Assembly (NCBI GenBank): GCA_964035545.1
Contig: OZ037771.1
Coordinates: 8,549,408 to 8,613,407, forward strand
Direction of reading: 5' to 3'
DNA: 64,000 bases
Source: Bugula neritina
Taxonomy: Eukaryota > Animalia > Bryozoa
Both the position numbers and the translations under genes were made by a program. Under the pieces are notes generated by a model, which saw only the letters and a list, made by a program, of their open reading frames with translations, was not told the origin of the DNA and made no database searches. Positions 52,801-64,000 of the stretch are shown piece by piece. Within the stretch, counting starts at the first letter, position 1; every line of letters begins with the position of its first letter.

Positions 52801-55800
52801 CTGAACACCGATGGTTTTCCAGTCATTAGCATAAAGCTCAAGCAACATTCATTACATTACAAAAAGCTTTCTAGTAGAAACTAAATATGTATAGATTTGA
52901 AACAAACAAGCATTTGTAGTATTCAAGACATCTGCAGACCAATCAAATTCATCGATGTGGGAAGTATCATTCCTACACATTCTACAACAGCTAGTCAATT
53001 TTCTAATCATTCAAATTTTTATTACTGTCATTTGATGAAAGGATCAGAAGCATAAAAGGCACTTGACAATGTAAAGTAAGTATATATGTATATAGAAGGG
53101 TAGGAATATAGCAAGTAACAAGTATATGTATATAGAAGGGTAGGAATATAGCAAGTAACAAGTACATGCACATAACCTCAAGCTCTGAAGGGAACAGAAC
53201 ATACAGTTACTACCTTGCCGAGAAGTTGCCAGATATGCTCACAGACGTGGGGACAGATAGGGGAGAGTATGAGTGTCTGCCACTCAATGAACTGCATTAT
53301 GAGATCCTGTCGCATCTGACCCTGGGTCAGCTCTCGGTACTTGTCTTTGGCAGCCTGGAACTCAAAGAAGCCGGTTCTCAGGGCTTCTTTAAACATCATC
53401 TTCTCATAGTAATCCTTAGTCATGTTTACCTTGTGGTTCATCTCACTGTACAATACCACACTGTTACATTAGTATTTACACTCTCTCTGCTATTCTGTGC
53501 TGCTTTATGTCTTACAATCACCTTGACCTTAATGGTGCTCTACGATCACTAGATAATATTAATAACCATGAAGATTCATGTACTACTTTACTTAAAAACT
53601 TAGGTGTTGAGAAGATTGTAAATTTAGGAGGCCATAAAAATGTCAATAAACTACAAATTAGTGCTGACTTCTTAGTCGATCTTAAAATCGGAATGAATTT
53701 AAAAGCAACATTTATTGATGCCATAGAATCGAGCTTACAACAAACTGTGTAACACACGAGTCGAGCCCACAAAGCTCCAAGTACTATTTCTCAAGTTAAG
53801 TGCAAGGAAATAGCCTCTGGCAGAATATTCTCTGTATAGTAAGACCCAGTAATAAAAGGTAACCCATGCACCTGGTGAAGCAGTCATCAGCGAACTGATG
53901 ACCTGAGGAGTTGATTCTCATTTCCTCTTTGCTGCTGAGCACCTCCTTCACCCACTCTATCAGATTGTGGAGACGGAGGAGCCCGGCATCAGCCATAGTC
54001 TCTACAAAGTTGGCATCTTCCACCGTGTCTCCGGCATCAGCTAGTGACATTCTCATACCTGCAGCACCACGTACAGTGTAAACAGGAGTTTGTAGACAGG
54101 GGTGTATACAGGGGTGTGTACACAGGAGTGTATAGACAGGGGTGTGTAAACAGAAGTGTATACAGGGATGCATAGATAGGGGTGTAAACAGAAGGGTACA
54201 GACATAAGGGTGTACACAGGAGTGTAGATAGGGATGTAGATATGAGTATGATAGCCAGAAGTACATGTATGGAATGGTGAATATTTTGTTGAGCTGATGC
54301 TAGATGATGAAGGATTTGCTTTAGAGGCACTATTCCCAAAATTTAAGAATTTTAGCTAATAATTTAATAAACTGTTGAATCATATAACTGTAGGTGTAGA
54401 CGTTTATTGATGCTACAAGCAGTTCTTCCATTCTAAAATATTTATAGCTGCTCTTTCATATATTGTTGCAAAGCTTCAATATAACAAAATATCCTTGAGC
54501 CCTCTAAATAATTTATACAATATCAAAGACCAAAGCCCAATAAAAATAAACTAGTTTGTACAATTCAATGACACACTTCAAGTCCTTTAAGCCCAACAAG
54601 TAAATATGTGAGAGGACAGAATAATGTACGACATACCATCTGCAGAGAACTTTTCAATTGCGTCAGTCATAGTAAGGAAGTTGCCTTCTGATTTTGACAT
54701 CTAAATAGATCATATTATAGTTTAAAAGCTTATTGTAACAATTAGATTCCACTTAGCAATGCACTGCTGTATTAGCTGTATTAAACTCATTTGCTAGCAC
54801 TTCATGTATCATTAGTTGAAGCATAAAGTCAACTTTACCATATGTGACAAGTAGCTTAGTTTAGGCATGTCTTACAGTCAGTTCTCATGAAAGGTTATGA
54901 GAAGGTCATAAGTCACTCACTTTCTGTCCATTGAGGAGGAGATGGCCATTGGCCCGAATACCTTTGGGCCACTTGCTTGGGTTGTCAGGCCACATAGCCA
55001 CATGGTTATAGAGATAGTATGTGAGATGGTTTGGGACAAGATCCTTGCCAGACGCTCTGAGGTCTACCGGATACCAGAACTCAAACTCTTGCCGTAGTTT
55101 AGCTAATTTCTCAATGTGTATCTGAGCGTGCTTAGGTGGTGTTGATGTTTGACAAAAGATGTAATCCCAGACCTAGGAACAAGGACACACTATGACTCAT
55201 TGTACACTATACCTGTTGAGGTAGTGCTTCTTTATTGCTGACACAAATCAGTGAAATACTTTCGCAGAGCATTAATTAGGTGAGCATTTGACTACATTAA
55301 CTACTAGCAGAAGTTCTTATAACCATTCAACTTATCAGAATAGGTTGGATTGACCGTAGAATATATAACCAGTTGCACTTCACCTCTGGAGTGAGCTGCT
55401 CAGGGGTGATACAGAAGGGCCCCATCTCAGAGCCATTAAAGTTGCCCTTAGCCTGAAGAAGATGGCACACGGTGTAGTAGGCGTTGTATATAGTAGAATC
55501 TGAGAGAGACTCTATCAAATACTGAGTGTCCCAAGGCATCTTTGTACCTGCAACCATTCACAGTATAGTAAGATTGTAATGTAATGTAGCAAACTGAAAA
55601 TATAGCCCTTATTGTTCCACTCAACACTTTACTGTGCATAAAACTCCACAACTAACCAACAGAGCCCAGTAAAGGCTATATTTAGAGAGCTGATGTATAA
55701 TAAAGTCAGCAGTAGTGGTAGTAAGTGTCTCTAAATAGAATTTGTTATCAAAAAGTGTAAAGTTTTACTTCACACACTTCTGCTTGCATATCTCTATTAC

Positions 55801-58800
55801 AAAGAGAGACAGCTGAGTAAAGCAGTGAGATGCTGCTCTCACCTAAGCCATAGGATCTGGAGCATGCATGCTCGTGCAGCCAATCCAGAGTGGAGCGGAA
55901 ATTCTCCTTAACAGAGCTCGTGTACGTCTCACACTGTTCAAGTGCTTTCTCCGTCAACTTTCTCCAGTTCTTCTCTCCGTAGTCCAGATACCTAAAGAGT
56001 ACATGCAACTGTACAACCCATCACACATAGAGAGACCACAAGCAGAGTTATGATGTATTCATGTGACATCTAACACACATCTCATTAGTTTCGTCACTCC
56101 ATTTATACTGGAGCAATTATCATCTAGTAACCTATATCAAGTGATTGCAAACATAAAAATTATAATCGTTGAAGAAAATTAATTGATTATGAAAACTTGA
56201 ACAATTATTCTTTTCCAAACTTATTAACCTGATTAATAAATCATTTCTAATCAGTAGTTCCAAGGTAACAATATTTATTAGTATTCCTATTCACATTGAA
56301 AACTCGAACTCACGAGGATGAGAAAGATTGAATAAACCTGACCTGAACTTCTACAAATCTTCTTTAATAACATACTCAAGTGTTGTTATAAGTTAAAAAA
56401 ATTGCTAAAAAAAGAAAATGGTGACTATTCTTGCAATATGCATTTCACCGGAGCTTTTTGCTAATACAAATTAGCCACTCATTGAGCTAAAACTTAGTTT
56501 GATAGGGCCAATGGAAACCTTTGTTGAATTGATCATGTGGTCCAAAATTACTATTGTCTTCGGACCATTCAAAGAATGATTTTGGGCAGGAAATGTTGTC
56601 TGTATGAATATACCATTATCAAAAAACTTTGAAGTCATTTACATTCCTTTATCACCCAATTCTAAACATTTGCTGGTGATATGATATAAACTGCCTCAAA
56701 ACTCCAGTCCTTTTAACTCCTTTTAACTAAACCCAAGAATGAAAAAACATGTTTCATCAATTTTTAATTAAAACATAATTTTTGGTGAAATAAAGAGAAT
56801 CATTCTTAATAAGTACAAGTTTTGGGCAGGGGGCACATTGGCAAGAAAACCGCAAACCAAACTTATTCTATGAAAAGGGTGCCTATAGAATTTACCACTG
56901 ATCACAGAGAGCTACGACACACTCATCGCCAGATCGGGACATAACCTTCCTCTCCGGCTCCATGTATTTAGCTGCCAGCTTGTCATCATACAGCTTCTTC
57001 TGAATCTCCTTTTTTACATCAGAGACTTTGCGTCCTTTATAGCCATCAACTTGAAGTATCTGTCCGAACCAGAAAGGACACAATAGAATGTTATGGAGAC
57101 AATAAAACATCATAGACACAATCAAAATAGGTTATGGCCACAAGAATATTTTAATGCAAGAAAACTCTACCTGCAAACTAGCCCATACATTACTAGGAGT
57201 AAAGAATTGTTGTTTCCATTAAGCTTTGGCACAAAAACAAATTCCACGTGCAATTTCTGTTAACCACTCAATTTCTAAACTTAGCCATCACACGCAATTT
57301 TAATAATAATTTTGAAAATAGATGCTATAACTGCACATCTTATTTTATTGCATACAAAGTATTATCACATGCGGCCAACTGTCATGCTCAGTGTTAACTG
57401 CATATACTCACGCCTTCATTAAACCCTTTTAAGTATACTTCATCTTTCGCTTCAGCCAGCTTCACGCTGTCATTTTGACTCTGTATTTTCAACTTGTTAT
57501 ACATAAAGACGGCAGCGTGAGGGCCATACCCGGGTATATTTATTATCTCAATCGGTTCATAGGGCAGCACCTGGGGATATGATTAAGTGATAAACTAAGG
57601 CTAAGACAGCGACATCTTCAACGCTAATAATAAACTAAGGCAGCTACAATGAAATCTGCAACACTAATAATAATAAACTAAGGCTATTACAGTGACATCC
57701 ATTACATAATATACAATGTCTAATAACATCTATAACACTAGTGATAGAAACTACAGTACTAAAGCAGCATACACAACACAAACTGGTGAGATACTGAGAA
57801 TAAATGTCAACTTACCATATGATCTTTTAGTCCATGTTTGGCTCGGAAATCTTTCTTCTTTTTGAGATCCTCGAGGGCGGCATAGTCATCAGGAGAGTCT
57901 GAAGGTACAGAGGTGACAATTCCAGTCCCCTTGTCTTCCTTGATGGTCATCATAGGTAAGGCGTACACTTTATCATTGCTTGTCAGTGGTGCTTTCAAAG
58001 CCACGCCCATTAGATTCTGTAGAATAGGTACAGTATAATATGTAGATGTGTAGAGTATAGTATGTAGAATAGATAAAGTATAATATCTATATATAATGTA
58101 TGCAATAGAATACGTAAAATGTAGACCGGTAACAAATAATTTTCATTTCAATAAATTATATATAAAAACAGACAAAGTCCTAGAGTGCGATTTTAGCACA
58201 GATTGGAGTGTAGTCTCCCCCCAACAAACATACTGGGACATACTGGAGAGACATGAGTTTACAAAGTGACCAAAAGCAGCCCTAGTATTAATACTCAATA
58301 AGAAACGAGTGCAGCTAAACGGTTGAACGAGTCAACAGCTTGCATGAGCATATAATTGCATATACTAAACAAGAAATCAACACAAATAACCTCTTGAGTT
58401 GATTTCTCAACACCCCAGTAGTATGAATATACCAACATGACCCTATTATATGTACATACACTGCCTTGGATGGTAGCCATGACGTCATAAATCCCATTTT
58501 TAGTTGTAAAACCTTGGTAGCTCATATTCCTCGCCGCTCTTTTAGTAGAAATAAACACCTACAAACAAAGTTAGTTACTGCAGAATATACCTATAGCCTT
58601 CCTATACCAGTGCTAGTAGTAATGGACCATGAAATCTTTCCATTCACATTCACAATAAAGAGAATCTTCTACACTGTATAGGTACAGTTTACTATGAATA
58701 TCCAAACATACAACTACATTTTGTATAATATTTGTGGAATACAACGTTGTACATTATTTAAGCAGGCTTCACTCACTTCCGGCCCACATCCAGGCAGGTT

Positions 58801-61800
58801 GACTGTGAAAGCAACATATTTGATGTTAGGGTGAACCCAGCAATTAGTTTGCCCAAACATAGTCTCAGGTCTTAAGGTGGCTGCCACTAGATATATGGGC
58901 AGGTCAGTCTTAAGACCCCTAAAATACAAAGATAAAACACACCTGCATATATCTATATATTTAACAGTAGAAAATTGAATAATGGAAAGTTTCCAAATCT
59001 TTTCAATAAAATCATTAGACTCTAAAGTCTACATAATATAAAATTCACAAAGAGAGGATGACTGCTGAAATAAGATTGATACCGAAAACAATGCGAAAGC
59101 AAAACTGACCGGGAAACCCAGCCATAGCCTTAAATTGCACCATTAGCCATGTTCAACATATTTTGGTCAGTATGCTGTGAAGGATATTATATGAAAAGAA
59201 TGACTACACCAAGTAAAGTTATAATATAAGTACAGTAGACGTACTCAATGTGAGACAAGGAATCCAGAACTCTCATCTTCACCAGAGTTTGCTCCTGGGG
59301 GCCAACTCCCTCCCCGGAGCTGCGGTCATGGTCCATACAAGGCTGATCATCCTTTGGAGAATAGATGGTATATCTGCAATAAATACAGCAAGTCTACTCA
59401 TTTGAAATGAAATTCTTTCAACCAAAAACAATCATAGTAAGCAATTTAGTTGAAAGAATCTTCAATAATAATTTAAACTCGTTATAACAGAATAAATGAA
59501 AACCCAGTTTAGACATGTTGATAGGCTAATTAAAACTAGATATAGCTGCAATGATATAAACAAAAAACACTAAAGACCAACACAATATATAATTTAGACA
59601 GCCGCACACTTACCTCTTTCCAAACTCTATCTTTCCCCGTTCTTTCAGACGAATAAACTGCCACCTAACAAATGAGTCATAGAAAGGATTGACATCAGTG
59701 GTGATGAATGATCTTCTCCAGTCAACCTGCACAGACACAGTAGTGAGTTACTTAACTGTGCAGACACAGTAGTGAGTTACTTAACTGTGCAGACACAGTA
59801 GTGAGTTACTTAACTGTGCAGACACAGTAGTGAGTTACTTTACTGTGCAGACACAGTAATGAGTTACTTAACTGAATAGAATAGTAAAACATTCCAACAA
59901 ATAATGAATTGGTGAAACCCGTGATAGTAATTATTTATTTAAATAACAAGTTATGACTAATAAAACTACTGCCAACAGTTAAGGGCCCAGACTATGAAAC
60001 TAGACATATCATCAATATTGACAAGAAAATTATCCTTACAGGAAAAAGAATCACCAATACTATACAGTCATTGGTGTTAAAATGCAAAACAAAAGGTGCT
60101 AAGCTGATTTCCATCACCTTCAGTCCCATCTTCTTGCAGTCATCCATGCAGTGTGGAGGAAAATACTTCAGCCAATGCATTGGGTCAGCAAACAGTTTGA
60201 TTTCCTCGTCACTCAGGTGGATACTCTGCATTATCTGCCACTGGTACTTAGCAGCCACCTGTTTGGCAGCAGCCTTGCTCTGCATGGAATAGAGTACACA
60301 GAGTACATCAACATGTGCATTAGAATATAATAAGCAGAAGGTTTGCTTTACCATTGAGTCTGTTATGAAAAGGGAAGATGTTAATACACAGTCTATACTC
60401 GACACATTTTATAAATCTCAACTATTATCTAGAAATATTGAACTTGACCTCTACACCAGACAAAACAATATGATTGGCCGTGTTCTACTATTCATACTTA
60501 TGATTAGCATTGTACAGGCAACAGCTGAGGTTTAGCGGCCATCTTGTAGAAAACATAGATATAAACACCAATGCTGAGCTGAGTATTGAGTTGACGGAGT
60601 AGAAAGTGTTGAGTTGACTGAGTAGAAGTGTTGAGTTGACTGAGTAGAAAGTGTTGAGTTGACTGAGTAGAAATTGTTTAGTTGACTGAGTAGAAAGTGT
60701 TTAGTTGACTGAGTAGAAAGTGTTTAGTTGACGGAGTAGAAATTGTTTAGTTGACAGAGGAGAAAGTGTTTAGTTGACTGAGTAGAAAGTGTTGAGTTGA
60801 CTGAGGAGAAAGTGTTTAGTTGACTGAGGAGAAAGTGTTGAGTTGACTGAGGAGAAAGTGTTTAGTTGACTGAGGAGAAAGTGTTTAGTTGACAGAGGAG
60901 AAAGTGTTGAGTTGACTGAGTAGAAAGTGTTCAGTTGACTGAGTAGAAAGTATGCACCTTTTTGCCCTTTGCCTTGTCCTTTATTACGGGATCAGAGCTC
61001 TGAACCTCTTCAGGTGCAACAGCTTCCTCTTCCTTCGGGAAGTTTGGAGGATACCCAAAGTCCTCCATTTCCCTTTTCAACTTGTCGGCACATGCCTACA
61101 ATGTACAGGTATTAGAGAGGAGTGAGACATTCTGATGCACATAATAGGGTAGCAGTGGTAGTCCACGGGTTGGGGCGCAGGCCTAGTGTGACACAGGTCA
61201 TAGGTTAGAGTGCAGGTCATTGGTGAGGTCAGGAAGAACATCAGAATCACGGGCTTTCCATGTACCGACCTTAGATCGATCTCGCTGAGAAATGTGCTCA
61301 GATCGATCGTTTTTCCATGAGAGTGTCAGATCGATCTCGCGAAGTTGCCTCCTTTTAAGTAAAGAATACTTTAAAAGTATATTTTGTTTACCTATTTGAG
61401 TGATTAAAGCTACTACTGTTGAAAACAAGACGGTTGTAGTCTAAAATTTAATCCCAGCTATAAACTATACGCAGCAAAGCTTTCAGTGTATGGTAATTTG
61501 GCCGATTTAAAATAATTAATTTTAATTTTTTAGCTTGACAGCCTATATAAAATTAATGACTGTCTTGCAGATTATTAATAAACTTACAGGACTGTTAGGC
61601 TTAAAATCACAAAGAAAATAGCTAATAAAACTAAGTTTTAATAGTCATTTAAATTCAGTTTAAATTCTCCCATTTTTTTACCTTCTACTGCATATAATTG
61701 AGTTTTTTTTAATCATTGTACTGAAAGTCAAAGTTTTGGCATCTGAAAAGGTGGCTATCGTAATTATTAAATACTTTGCTTAGTAATTATCAATAAGTTA

Positions 61801-63199
61801 TCATTTTTATTAGCAGACAACATTGTAGCGTGCAGTCTTTTTCTATTTCTCAGATCGATCTGGCGTCTTTCCATGGTCTTATTGACATGAGATCGATCTG
61901 AGTTCGAGCTCCACAGACCGACCAGCTCAGATCGACGGAGATCGATCTTTGGCGTCTTTCCATGGATCGATCTCGCTGAGATCGATCTGAGATCGGTACA
62001 TAGAAAGCCGGTAATTATAATTGCTCCTATAACTGAGTAAAAACCATCAAACCCGAATAATTGAGGGCACAGAGCTTCTTAAGACACTTGAGATCCCTTG
62101 CAAGCAGGGGTTCTCACAGGGGTAGAGACTTTAAAAGCAAAACAAATTTTATAAACCTAGAACACAGGACACACATGTATAGAACAAAATAATATAACTA
62201 ACATCATATAGAGCTTATAAGGCAAGTTTTGAGATGTTATTTTGCATAACAATGCAAGCTATTGACCTACAGAAAAAGTGAATGAGTCACATAATCCTTA
62301 CCTTGATTGGCATTCCCGTGCAGTGAAATCCAAAAGGAAACAAACACTTCTTTCCTTGCAGTCGTTGGTAACCAGCAGCAAACTATAAAATTTAACCATA
62401 TATTTAGAAGTGCTAAACATTAAACAATTGTTTATGATAAATGTTTAGGGCTCTAGGCTGACGAGAAATTCCCTATCCAGTAATAACTAGAAGAACTAAT
62501 GAGAGTGATAGACTGAAGACATTGCTAATGATCCAGTAGTTAGACAACTAGCACAGTAAACTGCTGCTAATGCATGATCTTTTGAACAAGTGTAGTTGAG
62601 GAAAGGCATGACAGGTAAGTTTTGAATGCAGGACTTTTCGAGTGAAAGTTTGATATTTTAGGACTCACACAATGAGCTTGACTTGATAAAAGTTATAATT
62701 ACCTCACATTTGGATAAGGAAAAAGTGTGTCCCAAGTGCAGTCGACCATTCATATAAGGATACGGGAAAGTACACAAAAACTTCTCGCTTCTAGAATATA
62801 CAATCAATTGTTAAAATTAACATGCAAACATACCAGACGCCATTCTAAGTAATTGTGTTTTGAACCCATTAACTTGATTGCATCAAGATTAGGCCTACAT
62901 AGGGAGGGGTAAACTTCCATGTAGTGGGCTAAACCTTTACTGATGATTAGTGGAGCAAATATTATTCCCATTGCTATCATAACAACATGTTTCAGCAATC
63001 CTAAGAAACACATATCAAACAAGACACTATATGTTGTTACAGGCTTGTGTACATTAACTGATATTGATATAGTATGATAGTCATACTTTTCATTTGATGC
63101 ATCAACTTCAAACGTTTTTTCCCGTTCCCATTTTGCTTGAATGTCTCTTTCAATAACTCTCAACTCATCCAGCTTAGCTGTACCTTTCCTTGCCGCCAT
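43821..63199 (-). CDS. LARS1: Cytosolic leucyl-tRNA synthetase, multi-exon
   Basis: Start [17 protein letters not shown]; HIGH-type [14 protein letters not shown] (~62730-62770); [10 protein letters not shown]; [24 protein letters not shown]; [16 protein letters not shown]; CP1 [15 protein letters not shown]; [17 protein letters not shown]; [11 protein letters not shown]; [13 protein letters not shown]; KMSKS split by the intron at 54920-54702; last exon ends [11 protein letters not shown] at 43821. Confidence 0.97.
46928..50126. repeat. ~3.2-kb minisatellite, 35-bp unit (CTGTACTAAGGAATAGTAGAGATGGAGATATAACA)n with 30- and 36-bp variants
   Basis: Roughly 90 highly similar tandem units within LARS1 intron 46761-52288. 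Confidence 0.98.
50211..50891 (+). CDS. Single-coding-exon secreted papain-family (C1A, cathepsin L-like) protein with Cys25->Ser and no propeptide, nested antisense in a LARS1 intron
   Basis: Intact 226-aa ORF: signal-like N-terminus, [89 protein letters not shown]. Confidence 0.92.
   Translation: MEIDRQWIMVVMMTAIAASKTIAAPDHFNWVSKGVVAPPKNQGQLGSSELYAAADAIHSYVAINSGRMVAPSVYEMNDCCKKLENLFSCVLRLGGLCSDKDYPSVTGSCRSHSCPGDITIKGFRNVTMGSERDLMMAVLVNPVVVNIDASLESFQLYRGGVYSDSACSSQRLDHALLLVGYGTMQGSDYWLCQNSWGSSWGQKGYILIARNKSNMCGIASAASYPI
52467..52640. repeat. 23-bp intronic minisatellite (GTATCAGTTATAGTGAGTACAGA)n
   Basis: About 7 units adjacent to a LARS1 acceptor. Confidence 0.93.
54075..54245. repeat. 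Degenerate ~16-bp tandem repeat (ACAGG(A/G)GTGT-based)
   Basis: Imperfect units just upstream of the LARS1 acceptor at 54059-54060. Confidence 0.8.
59727..59875. repeat. 29-bp minisatellite (CTGTGCAGACACAGTAGTGAGTTACTTAA)n overlapping a LARS1 acceptor
   Basis: About 5 units. Confidence 0.93.
60575..60951. repeat. 23-bp minisatellite (GTTGACTGAGTAGAAAGTGTTGA)n
   Basis: About 16 units starting right after a LARS1 donor (minus strand). Confidence 0.95.
61248..62013. mobile_element. Non-autonomous DNA transposon (CMC/EnSpm-like MITE) inserted in a SINE copy
   Basis: TIRs CACGGGCTTTCCATGTACCGA...TCGGTACATAGAAAGCCGGTA, AT dinucleotide on both sides, multiple subterminal AGATCGATCT palindromes; the flanks rejoin into the SINE body AGGAAGAACATCAGAAT|TATAATTGCTCC. 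Confidence 0.75.
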
Positions 63200-64000
63200 A
63201 TTTTAGCTAAAACAGGCACTACAAACTGGGAAAATTAAATGATTTAATTTATTCAATATAAATTAGCGTCCTATGAAATGAATTGAAAGGGACATGTAGG
63301 GGCCGCTTTTGGGAATCAAACAAAATTTAAGGCTCTCTCTATAACAATCTGATATTAAACATGTAGGAACAATTTATGCAACTGCTATTTGCAGTAACAA
63401 GCAATATTAAGACTCTTCACAAAAAGAAGCATCTAAAATGTGTGTATTTGCAAAACTACTGATACATACACTACACCAGCTATTGAATAAAACCTATGAG
63501 TGATTAGAGCACTGGTGTATTGGTACCCCCATAACCCAATTTGATCAATATTTAAATAAACATTACAAGTATTGGTTTGATCAAATACATGGAACTCAAA
63601 TCAAATTGATTTGAGTCAAGTTAAGCCACCATTATTGATTGACTTAGCCTGAACCATATCACTTTTTGACTTGGTTGGCTATTGACTGGACCCACAGTAA
63701 GTTCAGCACATATTTTGTCTCTTACCTTATTTGTGTAACTAAACTTATAATAAATTGAAGTTAAATTACATGAATTAGTATAGTAGCTTTGAAACATATA
63801 TTATAAAATGCTTCTAGTAAATCTTTTTAATATAATTGTATTACTATACCATAGTGAGTGATTATAGATTAGCGAATTGCCAACTAAATTTATAACCATT
63901 AATTAATAAATTTAATGTTCCGATTTAGAATTATAAATTATGTAAAATAGTATTATAGATATTACATAAAAATGTACAACCGTTGAACTGATACTGTTGT

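Overview
AT-rich, intron-rich eukaryotic (metazoan, probably invertebrate; a lophotrochozoan such as a bryozoan is only a guess) genomic window. Positions 1-10.7 kb hold nested and decayed transposons: a PHD-type LINE ORF1 remnant, a Penelope-like element with a degenerate hammerhead ribozyme, a Ty3/Gypsy remnant interrupted by a LINE fragment, a near-intact APE-RT LINE, and nested hAT-like and Mutator-like MITEs. The rest is gene-dense: CHIC2-like (+), FMR1/FXR (-), TRIP13/PCH2 (+, head-to-head with FMR1), a divergent GPI-anchored RGM-like gene (+) and cytosolic leucyl-tRNA synthetase LARS1 (-). Two candidates stand out. (1) A single-coding-exon, secreted, propeptide-less papain-family protein with a silicatein-like Ser-His-Asn triad, nested antisense in a LARS1 intron just downstream of a ~3.2 kb 35-bp minisatellite. 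(2) An RGM-like protein whose autocleavage motif GDPH reads GFAH. Many intronic minisatellites abut, or duplicate, splice sites. All family assignments come from manual translation and remembered motifs; no searches were run.
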